From NCBI GenBank assembly GCA_026770705.1, contig JANJGN010000035.1, forward strand, positions 7,378,001 to 7,442,000: a stretch of DNA of 64,000 nt. The letters are read 5' to 3'. Each line of letters opens with the position of its first letter. The first letter of the stretch is position 1. This DNA comes from Isurus oxyrinchus (Eukaryota). This document shows, one piece after another, positions 23,746-35,110 of this stretch. A program made the position numbers and the translations under genes. A model generated the notes under the pieces. The model was not told the origin of the DNA, made no database searches, and saw only the letters and a list, made by a program, of their open reading frames with translations.

Positions 23746-25493
23746 GCTTTAAGCAGAAACAATATATGCGGATAAAAATTAAGACACTGGGAACCCTTGT
23801 CATTGAAGGGACAGGATGCCATAGGGCATGCCTTCAGGCTGAGTGTTACACCAACATGTTGATTGTTGCTCCCCCACCCACTCTCTCCCCTCCCCCACCC
23901 CCGCCCCCGTGAGAGGCAAGAAGTGGAACATGAAGTGAACGACCACCATAGAATTCGTGCAGAAGTACTGAGCAAATAGATTAATAACCTTAAGACATTT
24001 GAACTCCATCAACTTTTTCCCAGCACCTGTTGTAAAACAAGACAGACTTGCACAACAGTGGTAGTTGGCGCTGCCGGGTTTTGGAAAAGTACCCTGATTC
24101 AGAAGATGATCCTGGATTGGGCCAGTTGTAAAATATACAAACAGTTTTCATTTGTTTTTCATTTCAACTTTTCATTCTTAAATTTACAAATTGCCGAACC
24201 ACTCTATCCCACCTGATTATGGATTCCTACCCTCAATTCGATTATCAGTTGGAGCATCAGTGGCAGGAATCCTCAAAACTATTGATCGTGTTTGATGATT
24301 TGGACCGATTCAAGAAAAAAAATAGATTTTGCTGATGCCAAGAGCAGCATAGATCAGCAGAACGATTACTTAGTTCTGGAGTGCTATTGTGAAATGTCAG
24401 AGATTGTATGCTGCCTCATACAAGGGAACATGTTCACAGGATGTTCAGTACTGATCACAACACGCCCGTGACAACTGGAGCTACTTGCAAAAGCAAAGAT
24501 CGATCAAACATTCGGGATTGAGGGATTTGAACCTGATCAATGTTAACAGTATTTTCTCCAATGTTATGGAGATGAGCAATTTACAAGACATATAACCGAA
24601 TACATTGAACAGAATGAGGTATTGTACACATTGTGCTATTACCCTCTGCACTGTTCAGTACTCTCTTCGTTACTACCGTCACATCTGACACAAGGGGTAC
24701 ATCGGAAATCTCTTTTCCACTTGACCAGCACACGGGTGTTATATGCTTACATCACCAGTCTTTTAGAGAGATGCTGCTGTGATCGGCTAATCACTTTTAA
24801 ACATATGTTTCAAATGGGTGAAATGGCCTACAAGGGGATTTGCAACCAAGAAAAAATATTTTTTCATAGCGAGCAGTTAAATCCCCAAGAATCTGGGCTT
24901 TTAAAAGTTATTCCTGCTTTTATGTTGGAGGTTCAAGACGAAGATTGGGGCTGTGTTGCCTACACATTCACTCATTCCATTTTGCAAGAATTTATTGCAG
25001 CAATTATTAAACTTCAAAGAGCAGCTGGAAATGAACTGATCAGCCTTATCAGTGAATGGAACAAGTGCACTGACGACAGATTTATGATATGTTCACGTTT
25101 CCTTGTTGGTCTCTCATCACGAAATTTAATTGATCAGCTTGGAAGCTTTGGCGTAATTAACATTGAAACAGCTTCACCAGTACCGGATTGGCTCAACGAA
25201 AATGTGAAAACACTTCTTCCGAACATGGAAGACGGGAAAATCCAAAGTAGGCTCTTAAAGATGTTCTACTATCTGTTTGAATTTGGAAAAACTGAACTGA
25301 TGGCAGCCGCATTAAAACCGTTGAAGACAATAGCATTCAGACAATTTCATCTCAAATACTCTGACTGTGTGGTTCTGTCAACTGTGCTGATTTATGTGGA
25401 GCGGATTGAAGAGCTGAATTTCGCTGTTTGTTGTATCGAAGCTGTTGTAATCCATCAGATGGAGCTTTTGATACCCAAAGGCAAAGTTCTAAG
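23746..25493 (+). pseudogene. Large NACHT exon (pre-NACHT, NBD, HD1, WH, HD2, first LRR), disrupted
   Basis: CATAG acceptor and AG|GTAACT donor. Motifs: Walker A VVVGAAGFWKST (24067-24090), 'QKMILDWA', Walker B LLIVFDDLDR (about 24279-24308), sensor 'SVLITTRP' and WH 'YTFTHSILQEFIAA'. Stops at 23977, 24469 and 24544; frameshifts at about 23871-23908, about 24188 and 24315-24322. Confidence 0.93.
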
Positions 25494-25929
25494 GTAACTC
25501 ACCAAAATTATTGAATAACATTATAAACAATAAAAGGAGAATGTGATCTCCTAATAGTGAAACCTAAACGTCAACACATCTTACATTGAACGCACAGATA
25601 CGTGCATTCTTTTCTTACAATCTGCTGTGTGAAAGGGAAAGGTTACTATAAGAAAATTGAAGAGACTGTTTGAGTTGTACGTGAGCGCACAGTATCTGTG
25701 TGTTTTTTTCAAAACTAAATGAGATTGAATGTTCGCTACATCATATCTGAATCTGATGCACTTTATAAATAATCTCTGTAGCTGCAGCAGTAAGTCAGAT
25801 ATATTACTTTTTATGGCAATGGCAGATCCATATTTAAGAAAAAGGAAGATGGTTCAAAATGTCGCAAGCCGGTTATCTCAGGTACACAATATTGCCGTAG
25901 GAGCTGCTGAGAATAAAGTCCTTAGGATA

Positions 25930-26860
25930 ATTTCTTTTTCCCTCTGCTTCATCAATGACTTCCCTCCATCATACAGATAGAACTTGAGATGTCAGCTGGT
26001 GATTGTGCTGTGTCCACCAACATTTCATTCTTCAAGGGTGTGGATGTTTTCTGTACCATATTCAGCGAGACCTGCATAAGATAAAATCTTGGGCCTATAA
26101 GCAGCAAAGAACTCGTGCCACAAACATTGCAAAAATTATTGGTTCAAAAAATATAGACGTCTTTTCCATCACTGCATTTCAAGCCATTAAAACTTTAGGG
26201 TAATTATTCACCAGAAACTTAACTGGAACATCCATATAATTATGGTCGACCGAATAGATAACCAGGGGATAGAATATTGTGGCGTGCAGCACACCCGCTG
26301 GCTCGCAAAAAACTTTCCATCATCCACAGTGCTCAGTTCAGGAATGTAATGGAATGTTCGTCAATTGTTCAGATGACGACGACTCACACAATACACAGGA
26401 CGTTCAATCCATCCATCTGTAATTCATATTCGAAACCCAGTAAGCCCTTACCTTGTCGCCCAATTCATCACCTTGAAACATTTACTCCCTTAAACTTCGA
26501 TGGCAAAGTGGCAGCAGAGTGTAACAAATAAAAGATGCACCACAACATCTCGCCTAGCCTCTGCAAACAGTGCCTCCAAATCTCGTGACAGCTTGCAAAC
26601 CAATAGATGCAAACGCCTGGCAAAGCAATACACTACAAGTTCGCCCCGAAGCAACTCATCATTCTAATACGTATTATAAAATATTCCTTTGCTGAATCTT
26701 GCGCCAAAATCCTGCAATTCGCTTTAGCATAGTGTGTACCCCAGCCTCATGGATTTCAAAGTTTGAAGTGAAAGTTTGAACGCCACCTTTTCAATAGAAA
26801 TTATGAATAGGCATTGCGAAAAACATTATGGTTTTGCCACCGATGCTCACATTCCATATC
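25930..26860 (+). mobile_element. LINE (CR1/L2-group) RT 3' half in NLR intron
   Basis: 'CFINDFPPS', a degenerate FADD (TCAGCTGGTGATTGT), 'SAQFRNVMECSSIVQM', and a 3' tail similar to 9858-9900 (minus). Confidence 0.7.
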
Positions 26861-27116
26861 TAGTTGGAGATTTTATTTTTCGGTTTCCCTTTGTCACAGC
26901 CCACTCTTACCTATTTCCAGCGAAATTGCCGTGGTAAACTATGGTAGAATGCAGAGAAGGAAATTACGCATACATTTCACACAATCCGCCTTTCACCACG
27001 TTACATCTAACCGTTTAGTAGGAGCGTTCATATTAACCACTGACATTACAACTGCTACCTTTTCAAGCAAGTACACCCTGTGATCGCCAGTGATTTTACC
27101 AACTGTTTTGCCAGTA

Positions 27117-27167
<51 letters not shown>
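27117..27167. repeat. (TA)n microsatellite
   Basis: Directly visible. Confidence 0.95.
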
Positions 27168-27170
<3 letters not shown>

Positions 27171-27302
27171 CTTAATTTGAATGAAAGAAACACCTTTCGC
27201 ATTGGCTATGCACAAGTATTCCAGGCAAATAGTCAATAGCCAATATTATCTGTATGATGAAATATGACCTATTAGTTTTTGATTTCGTGTTTTTGTGTCT
27301 AG

Positions 27303-27389
27303 AATCAATGACAACAAAATAGGAGATTCGGGTTTGAAATGGATCTCAGCAGTTCTGCAGAAAAGTGACTGAAAAATACAAATGCTGGT
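27303..27389 (+). pseudogene. 87-nt LRR exon (INDNKIGDSGLKWISAVLQKSD*KIQML)
   Basis: TCTAG acceptor, GT|GTAATT donor, phase 2-2 and canonical 87-nt NLR LRR exon size. In-frame TGA at 27370 replaces the expected Cys of 'DCKIQ'. Confidence 0.9.
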
Positions 27390-28682
27390 GTAATTAATTG
27401 AGTTTAAAATATAGAACAGCAAAATTGTACACCCTTCCCCTAGAATTATAACAATTATCAATTAGCAATGCACAGCACATAAGAATTTTGGAATTTCTTC
27501 TAGTAGAAATCATGTACAGATAATGAACATCGACAAAGGGAAAGAAAAATACTTTACCCCTCTTCTAATATCTCTATCTCTCTTTCACTCATTTGCTCCC
27601 CCACTGTCTCTCTGCTTCTCTGTCCTGCCACTCACAGACACATACACACACAATGATTAGACATGGCAGATTATTCGTGTCAGATGTCTCAAATGCATGG
27701 TGAATACTTGAAATAGCTGCCACATTAGCTTTGCAATTCGTATGTTACGTACAGCTCCGTGCTTTGAATTCAGTCCTAATAATTCACTGATATGCATAGT
27801 TCTTTTTTATACAAAATTAAATTTCTATTAATAGAAGAAAACATTTTAAGTAATTAAAAGTTCTGCAAATTACTGCTATACGAACTACTAACACTCTTAA
27901 AAATCTGCCTGCCAATTACACCTCCGTTATGACAATAATCAAGAGATGAATAAATTTAATGATGTTTCAACAGGCAAAGCAACAGGATAGCCTGAACAGG
28001 AATATTCATTTTTTTTTCCCCCAGCTTTGGTTCCTTGATGCATAGAGGCTAGAAGGTTTTTTTTGGTCTGAAAATTCCTTCCCCTCCTTGCACAAAACCT
28101 CATCGCCTTTTCAGAAGTATCTCCGTTTTTTACAGGAAAGCCACTTTTCCAATATGTATTTCCAACTTTACTTTTCTCATAAGATAAATCATTGAAATCA
28201 TTCAAATTATCAATAAATTTTGGGAAGAATACAGATAGTTTTTTCTTTAGCTTGTTAGCCAATGAGTAACATCTTATCATCTCTGTTGAAATTCAGGCTA
28301 ACCTAATTTCTTTATTAATGCAAAAGTTCCACCCAGCTCATATTCTAAAACCTCAGCCATGTTTACGTGCTTACTATTTCAAACCTAGTTTCCCCTTTGA
28401 AGTCTCAAAAATTCCAGACCAGATGCTTCCAATTCAATTATCGCAACCGATCACCCCAGAAACAAACACACACGCACACATGGGCAGACATGGGAGCTAA
28501 CTAAAACCACACAATTAATCCACTTTAAAAAAAACACAGCAATACTATGAAAGTAATTATACTTTCGTAACTCAAACACACAAAGAAACATACAAACGAT
28601 TTTGCAAATTCTAAGTCATTATTTGCAACTTCTATACAGATCAACATGCAACATTAATGTGATCCTTTTTTAGTCATTGCAC

Positions 28683-28874
28683 GTTAAAATCTAATGGTCT
28701 CACAGATGATTCTGTGGAAATGCTGGTTTCCTCTCTGAGAGCAAACTGCTCGTTGGCTGAACTGGATCTGAGGAATGATAATTTGGAATCCGAGCAAGCC
28801 AATCGAGTAACTGACAAATCTGTTCCTGCATTGAATCGCCTCATGCAGAGCAGAGCCGATTTGAAGGAAATCGT
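28683..28874 (+). pseudogene. 192-nt LRR exon (LKSNGLTDDSVEMLVSSLRANCSLAELDLRND...VTDKSVPALNRLMQSRADLKEI)
   Basis: Open LRR frame with GT|GTGAGT donor, phase 2-2. The acceptor reads TTGCAC instead of TTGCAG (mutated). Confidence 0.85.
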
Positions 28875-28992
28875 GTGAGTTCCGTGTTGAAGTATTATTA
28901 ATTAGTTGTTTATCCAACATTTATATATCTTCGTTTTATGTACATTGTAATTGTCTTTTAAACAAAAATGAATTATTTTGTGGAGGGTCGGT

Positions 28993-29017
28993 GGGGGGGG
29001 GGGGGGGGGGGGGGGGG
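28993..29017. repeat. Poly-G tract (25 nt)
   Basis: Directly visible. Confidence 0.95.
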
Positions 29018-29269
29018 ATAGTGCGTCTGGTGCAAGTCAATGGTTTCAATGAGATCTGGAACACTGTTTCCATATTATGCGTTGCAACACATCAAGGCAA
29101 TACGGTAGCTGGAAAAAATATATACCTTGATTCAGGTGACAAATTTGGAATATGAAGTAAAATCCCGTCTGAAGAACGATGGTCTTGAACCTACCAGAAT
29201 GTTGAAAAACAATAACGATCTTGGCATAAATGTCTCTCGTACTGAAATTAATGCTGCGTGGGTTACATT

Positions 29270-29905
29270 TCTTTGGGATTGTTAATTGAATTCAAATTAA
29301 AACAGGGCTCATGGTGCCGCGGGCAGAAGGTGGGTTTCGGGGGCTGGGGACCATGTGTGGTGTTAGGGTCGTCACAGGCAATGAGCAGAGCTCATCTCAA
29401 CTGCTGGTCGGTTGCATATTTGCTCCAAATACACAGTAATGTGGTTGACTCGCAACTGCTGCCTGAAAAATATCAATGAACTAAAGAAGAGGAGGACTGA
29501 TATGGCCGTGTACTGGCAAAGTCAATGGACAGTAATCAAGGTGGCAATGCGAATGAGCACCACGTACCCCATCAAATCAACCCCCACCACCCTCACTGCC
29601 TGCAACCACCCCCACACAACTCTTCACCCTAGGCCCACCAGCCGCCCGTTTAGCCATGATGGTTGTTGTAATTTGAAAACAAGCGACTATTATATGGAAT
29701 TGTAGCCAATGCAGCATTAGTTTCACTACAAGCGGCATGAAGCCATCCTCGATTGTTGCCAAACCCTATCTTGTTTTTTCATTCCGTCTGGGAAGCAAAT
29801 CTGCTATTCTTACCTGGAATAGTCTACATGTGATCCCTTATGCAGAGCAATGTGGACCACTTCAGCAATAAACGGTGCCCTTGACAGTGACGCCCACGTC
29901 GTCCA
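29270..29905 (+). mobile_element. Degraded tRNA-derived SINE pieces (SacSINE1-like)
   Basis: 'cacagtaatgtggttgactc', 'aaaccctatcttg...aaatctgctattcttacctgg...ctacatgtga' and tail 'caataaacggtgcc...gacgcccac', similar to 60320-60530. Confidence 0.5.
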
Positions 29906-29999
29906 GCCGACACTGGAAATTACTTCTCACCAACATCTGATGACTTATGACAAAAAAGAATGGAGTGTTGTACAAACAAAAAAAAATAAATGACAGGTT

Positions 30000-31440
30000 G
30001 ACAGGATTATCCCACTGCAGCAGTCCCGACGTGGAAGACATTTTCCTGTCATGACTTTCACGTCCTATTGAAAGGACAGGGGATCCAAAAAAGTGTCGTA
30101 CTGCATACCATTAGTATGAACATGGATAGATTATCATATGATACCGGCCCCGTGAAGCGACAGCACATCACTACATGGAGACTATCTGAAAACCATTCTA
30201 TAGAAATTGTTGCAGAAAAAATGGCGAAGACCGATCAAAGTTCTGAAGTGCTGCCCAATCCAGTTCCGTATGGCAATTGACATTGAATCAATAACCATAA
30301 ATTAATGGTGTACACATACCCACACCCTCAGTATCTGGTATGAAGGCACATCCATGCCTACTGGCGGCATGGAATTATTCCATCCATCTTCAGCTGGATG
30401 TACGGATCCACCGCCATATTTGAAGTTCCAATCATCCTGCTAAATATGTGGTATTAAGACAACACTTAAAGGCTTGGATGCAGGTAAGGCATTGACAAAA
30501 TTAACGTCGTAGCACTTTAGACTTTGTTTCAGCCAACTACCACAAGCCTAAGTTCACTGTCCATTGCACGTTGTATGCCAAGCAAACTTGTTACCAAAGT
30601 CTGTTAGTTACAGCCTACAAAGTTCCGAGTCTACCTCAGATTACCAATTAAAGGCAAGGCATCAAAAAAAAAAAAGGAACAGGCGTTTCACCCTGCTAGC
30701 ATACATTAGCAACATGAGTGTTAGTTGCCACTAACAGGAATTTGTTGTCAAGACAGAAAAAAAAGCTCCACTTTTCTCACAAAATCATTGCAATTGTAGT
30801 TATGTAGGTCTTACGATCCTTAGACTCGTGGATGATATTTAACAGCATGTTCCTTCTGCTGCTCGGAATGGGCAAAGTACAGACTGTACCCTACCAGCCT
30901 GTACTTGCTAAACTCGTTAAAAAAAACATTCAGCGTTATATGCGATTCAGCAATTGAGCAACATTTGCTAAATAATCTTAACTTGTCTGAAAATTATTCT
31001 GACAATGAGATTAACATTGTAAGTGTGGAGTGCAGCGCGGTACATTTACCTGTGCTGGAAGCTATGCACTTAAATACGCACGGTCCTCTTTCTTGCAGGC
31101 AAAAAGAAGAAGTACACACATTGCACATGTTTCAGCTAAACAAGTTAAGTGGTCGCCAATCACTCCATCACTCCTCAGTGCAATACCATGATGAATCACA
31201 GTCAAGCTGTCTGGTTTAAATTTTAAACGATTCTTGGCAGCTATCTGTATCTCATCATTAACTTGTACATTTTCCAAGGCAACGCATACACTAATCAAAG
31301 TCTACATGCCATCTAATCAGCACTATTTTCTCATAGAGTATAAATACTTGCTACCAATGTCATTAGTATCCTTGTCATTGTCCTGGCAAATACAAGACGA
31401 AAAACTTCGACAACATGTCTTTTTTTCAGCAATACTCTAT
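30000..31440 (+). mobile_element. Old Penelope-like element (RT C-terminus, GIY-YIG C-terminus, pseudo-LTR)
   Basis: ORF 30905 'DSAIEQHLLNN...NYSDNEINIV...LPVLEAMHLNTHGPLSCRQKE' matches a PLE endonuclease end. Decayed hammerhead at 31378-31413. Confidence 0.75.
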
Positions 31441-32543
31441 TTCCGTACAGCAACAACTATTGTTATTCTTGGTCAATATTGTGACAGGGAATGGTTCTAA
31501 TGCACAAATTAATACTGACGCATTTCGGTGGACATATTTTCTAGCCTCCTTGTGTATAGTTTTAAATATATAATATCAACTTGAAACTCAGAATATGAAT
31601 GGGTTTGAAAATCACATATAGAACCTAATATGGCCTCATAGAGGAAGTTCTGTAAAACAATGAGGTTAGGCCTAATAAGTCGCAAGCAAAATGCAGCCAC
31701 CCAAGTACTAGTAAGTGACTTTCCAATGAAGGAAAACACGTCTGCTTGTTGTTGAACTGCATTCTCTTCATCGACCCCTCCATTATCAAAATTCTGCCGG
31801 TTACCATTAAAGAGAAGCTTATCTGAATCAATCTGTAAATAATTTTTCTAAAGTGGAGGCATTTGGCAGGGAATTCTGTATCCAGAAACTCACCACCCAA
31901 TAACACCAATGCCTGCTGCGCATCTAAAAGGCACAGTGTAATAGTATAAAGAATATGCAACCGTATACTGATAAAGTGCAGGAACTGCAATGGAAAAGTT
32001 ACACGCCATGCAGGGAAAAGCATATGGCTTCATTCACACCTAATCCACTCACATAATAATTTGTATCCTCCACCACTGGCGAATAGTTGGTGCGTTGTGC
32101 ACTTTCTACAAGGTTAGTTGCAATGTCTCGCCTGTTCACTTTCCTCCAATGATAACATACCTATAAACTAAAGCTACAGGAGCACTGACATACAGCAGCC
32201 GATCCATCTGCCATTTCCCCTCAAATAAATTCTGAATCCTGATTTTGAATGTATTTGTTCCTTCACTGAAGCCTTGTAAAAACCCCGAAACTCCTTTCAA
32301 AAAGCGCTGTGTGAGTACGTGCTACCACTTGTCTCCGAAGCATTCAACGATGCTTCCCACAAACATCTTACGAAGGGGATTAAGGATGAGTATTAAGAAT
32401 TGCCTTGACAGTAATGCTTCGATAATTTGAGGATCTAGATACAGAAAATCTTTGTGAGCATTTTTTAAAATTTTTATGCTTAGAATTATCGACTCATTAT
32501 TGAAACCTGTAGTCTCTATGATAGTTTTACTTCCTTTTTTCAG

Positions 32544-32631
32544 GTTGAGAGGCAATCATTTCTCAGAAGAAGGGCGGAAAGTTTTGAATTCGGACAAAAA
32601 GTCGGTGCACTTGAATTTAATTATGGAATGA
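32544..32631 (+). pseudogene. Terminal NLR exon (LRGNHFSEEGRKVLNSDKKSVHLNLIME*)
   Basis: Strong acceptor TTCCTTTTTTCAG, phase 2, 'L.GN.FS..G...L' C-cap motif and TGA at 32629-32631. AATAAA downstream at 33039-33044. Confidence 0.85.
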
Positions 32632-34699
32632 ATGTCTACTTATGTTTTGCTTTGCACATATTCTGATTAAATGTTTCATGTGATGACCTCTGGAATGCCT
32701 TTATTGAACAATTGTTGGGGACAAGCTTTTGAGACAAAAACAAATTGTGCAATGAAGGTTAAAAAATACAATTTTCACTTGGCCGTTTCCCGTCTGCATG
32801 GTGCAAACAATTCTCTCTTGCCAGTTGAAAATTCACGAGTAATTCTGTATTTTTGCTGCACTTTTTTCCATCGTTCGAGTTATGACATTTCCCGGTATTG
32901 CTGAACACATTGGCAATGGCACACCTAGCGAATTGAACACTTCGGTTTGGTCAGCAAGCCTGAGCATGATTACCCATCAGCTGACGTTTTCAGTTTACCG
33001 TCCCACAATCAATATACCAGCTACGTCCTCTGCCAGTTAATAAATGAATGTAAGTAAAAGCTGAAGGGATAGCAGTTGATATTTTGATGCCCTGGAACAA
33101 CTTTGTTATCAATCATTTGACGTTATAAAAGTAGGTCCCTAATATTCAGTTAGCACTTAGCGCCATTCCTCGAATATAGCCAAGGGGACAACCTCGTTTG
33201 ATTTTTCAGTGAATTACGATCAGAGAATTAGATTTCAGGTGTCTGGTAAAGCAATTTTGCAACTTCGTATTCAAAAGCGACAATGTTACGACCAGTTCTA
33301 AGGCCCGGAATGAAAATCAATCAAATTCATGTCTGTGCAAGAGACATGGAGTTTCATGCATTCGATTCTTATGATTTAAATTTTTGACACATTACCTTAG
33401 TTTTACCAAGTAATTACAAGACTGCTGATAACTTTGCTGCAGAGCAGTCGAGTTCACCTGAATAATACAGCCCTACAAACTGATCAGTATGTATTTCACT
33501 TAATGAGCTCTGCACCTTTGGGCCTGTTATTTTCCGAATGACACATTAACCTTATGCCAGTGGTGGCTTCCATTGGCACTTTGTGAAAGCAGAAGTGTGC
33601 ATCAAGTGGACTGTGTACACTCAGCACTGCATTATAATGTCAAATTCAACAGTGAACTTTCAAAGTTGAATGCTTGAAAGAAAAGGAAATCATTGATATT
33701 GATGCATTTTTAGGGTAATGTTCTCCCCCTCCCCAAACCCTCTCCAGTTTATGTTAGTACAAATGGCCCCATTTACTGAAGCTGCCAATCACAGCCGTTC
33801 CAATGCGGGTCCCAGAGTGTTACGTTACATAAGAGATCATTCATGCTGTCCTATGAGCGGAAATAATCTCATGATGACCCAGTTCCTACTTACAGCCATG
33901 TGGTTGAGTTTATTAACCCCACCCCCCCCCCCCCCCCGCCCCCCGTGGCCAGTCTTTTACCCCATGCCCGCACGAGGCTCTGAGCTTTCCATTTTTTTCA
34001 ATAAACACTGACAGTTTCCATTGGAAGTCGTTGCTCTGTGTCTTTTGAGCATTCCAGAACTGGGTTCAGTCAACAAAGGCCATTTGTGGGATTCCTTCCT
34101 CTGGAAATGACAGTGCGAAGCATCCTTTGTCCTAAAAGCTGCTAGCCCTCATTTTTTCAACTTGAACAACAGCATTCACCACTTGCTTTCTGCTGGCTAA
34201 CAGTATGAGGCCCCTTCCCTTGCTTACCACAGCAGCTGCTCTCTGTCTTTCCCTCCCTCTCACACACTCTCTCTCTCTCTCAGACGCATTTCACACACAC
34301 ACACAAATTCCCTATCTCCCCAAAGGAACAAATGGTAACACGATTTGTTTTAAGTTATGTAACGTCACAGAAAATATAAATTCAGGAACGACAAAATGTT
34401 ATTTGTGCCAGTGCATCTGTGTCCGCAGGACGGCCAGCGTTAATTACAGCTATTTTAATGTAATCAATTTTCAATCTAATGCATTACTGTGAACATGTTT
34501 TGAACTAGCCCCATGTCTCCAAGAGAACAAATTTGAATGGTCGATTCGACATTCAGAACTAACAGGAGGACAGATACCAATCTCACTATCTCATTTGAAG
34601 TTCACAAAATAGGTGCAGCTTATTCAAAGCAAAGCCTTATTATTCCCATATTTCGAATGACAGTTGCAACCAAGGGTTCAACTTACGACTGTTGGCTTC

Positions 34700-35110
34700 T
34701 CTTTTTCCTAGTCAATCACAGCAAATCATCTGAGGCACTCTGTGGCATATTAGTTTCAATGCGAAGAAGTGTGAAGTGATTCATTCCAGTCAGATGAAAG
34801 TAGAGAGAAAATATGAAAAAAAAAAAGCTTGCAGCTCGAAAGGATGTGCAGGAGCAGAGGAATCGGAGTGTCTAGGCGCTTCAGTCATTGAAGGGGGCCG
34901 GAAAGTTTTAGCCAAGCGTTGATAAAATATGCAGTAAACTAGGTTCGTCAACAGCAGGGGTTACGTTGAATGCATTTGAGTTACATTTTGGCCGTAGCTG
35001 GAGTGTTCAGTCCAGTTCTTGGCTTCACACTTTAGAATGGATATGAGATCATTAACAGAGTGCAGACAAGGTTAACAAAAATGTTTCCAGCGATGACAAA
35101 GTCAGTTAAA
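34700..35110 (+). mobile_element. CR1 ORF2 3' fragment
   Basis: 'FNAKKCEVIH', '..LECSVQFLASHFRMD' and 'RVQTRLTKMFP'. Confidence 0.6.

Larger units (their letters stand above)
1631..32631 (+). pseudogene. NOD-like receptor (CARD-like/NACHT/LRR; chondrichthyan NLRP3/NLRC3-like family) pseudogene, at least 7 exons
   Basis: Exons at 1631-1746, 2776-2945, 7145-7316, 23746-25493, 27303-27389, 28683-28874 and 32544-32631 join in consistent phases (1,0,1,2,2,2). They translate to a death-fold-like N-terminus, a NACHT domain and LRRs. The NACHT and LRR exons carry multiple stops and frameshifts. Confidence 0.9.

Noticed and set aside
24622-25497. 291-aa ORF as a stand-alone gene
   Set aside because: It starts at TTG and is the open 3' part of the disrupted NACHT exon; its stop lies in the splice donor.
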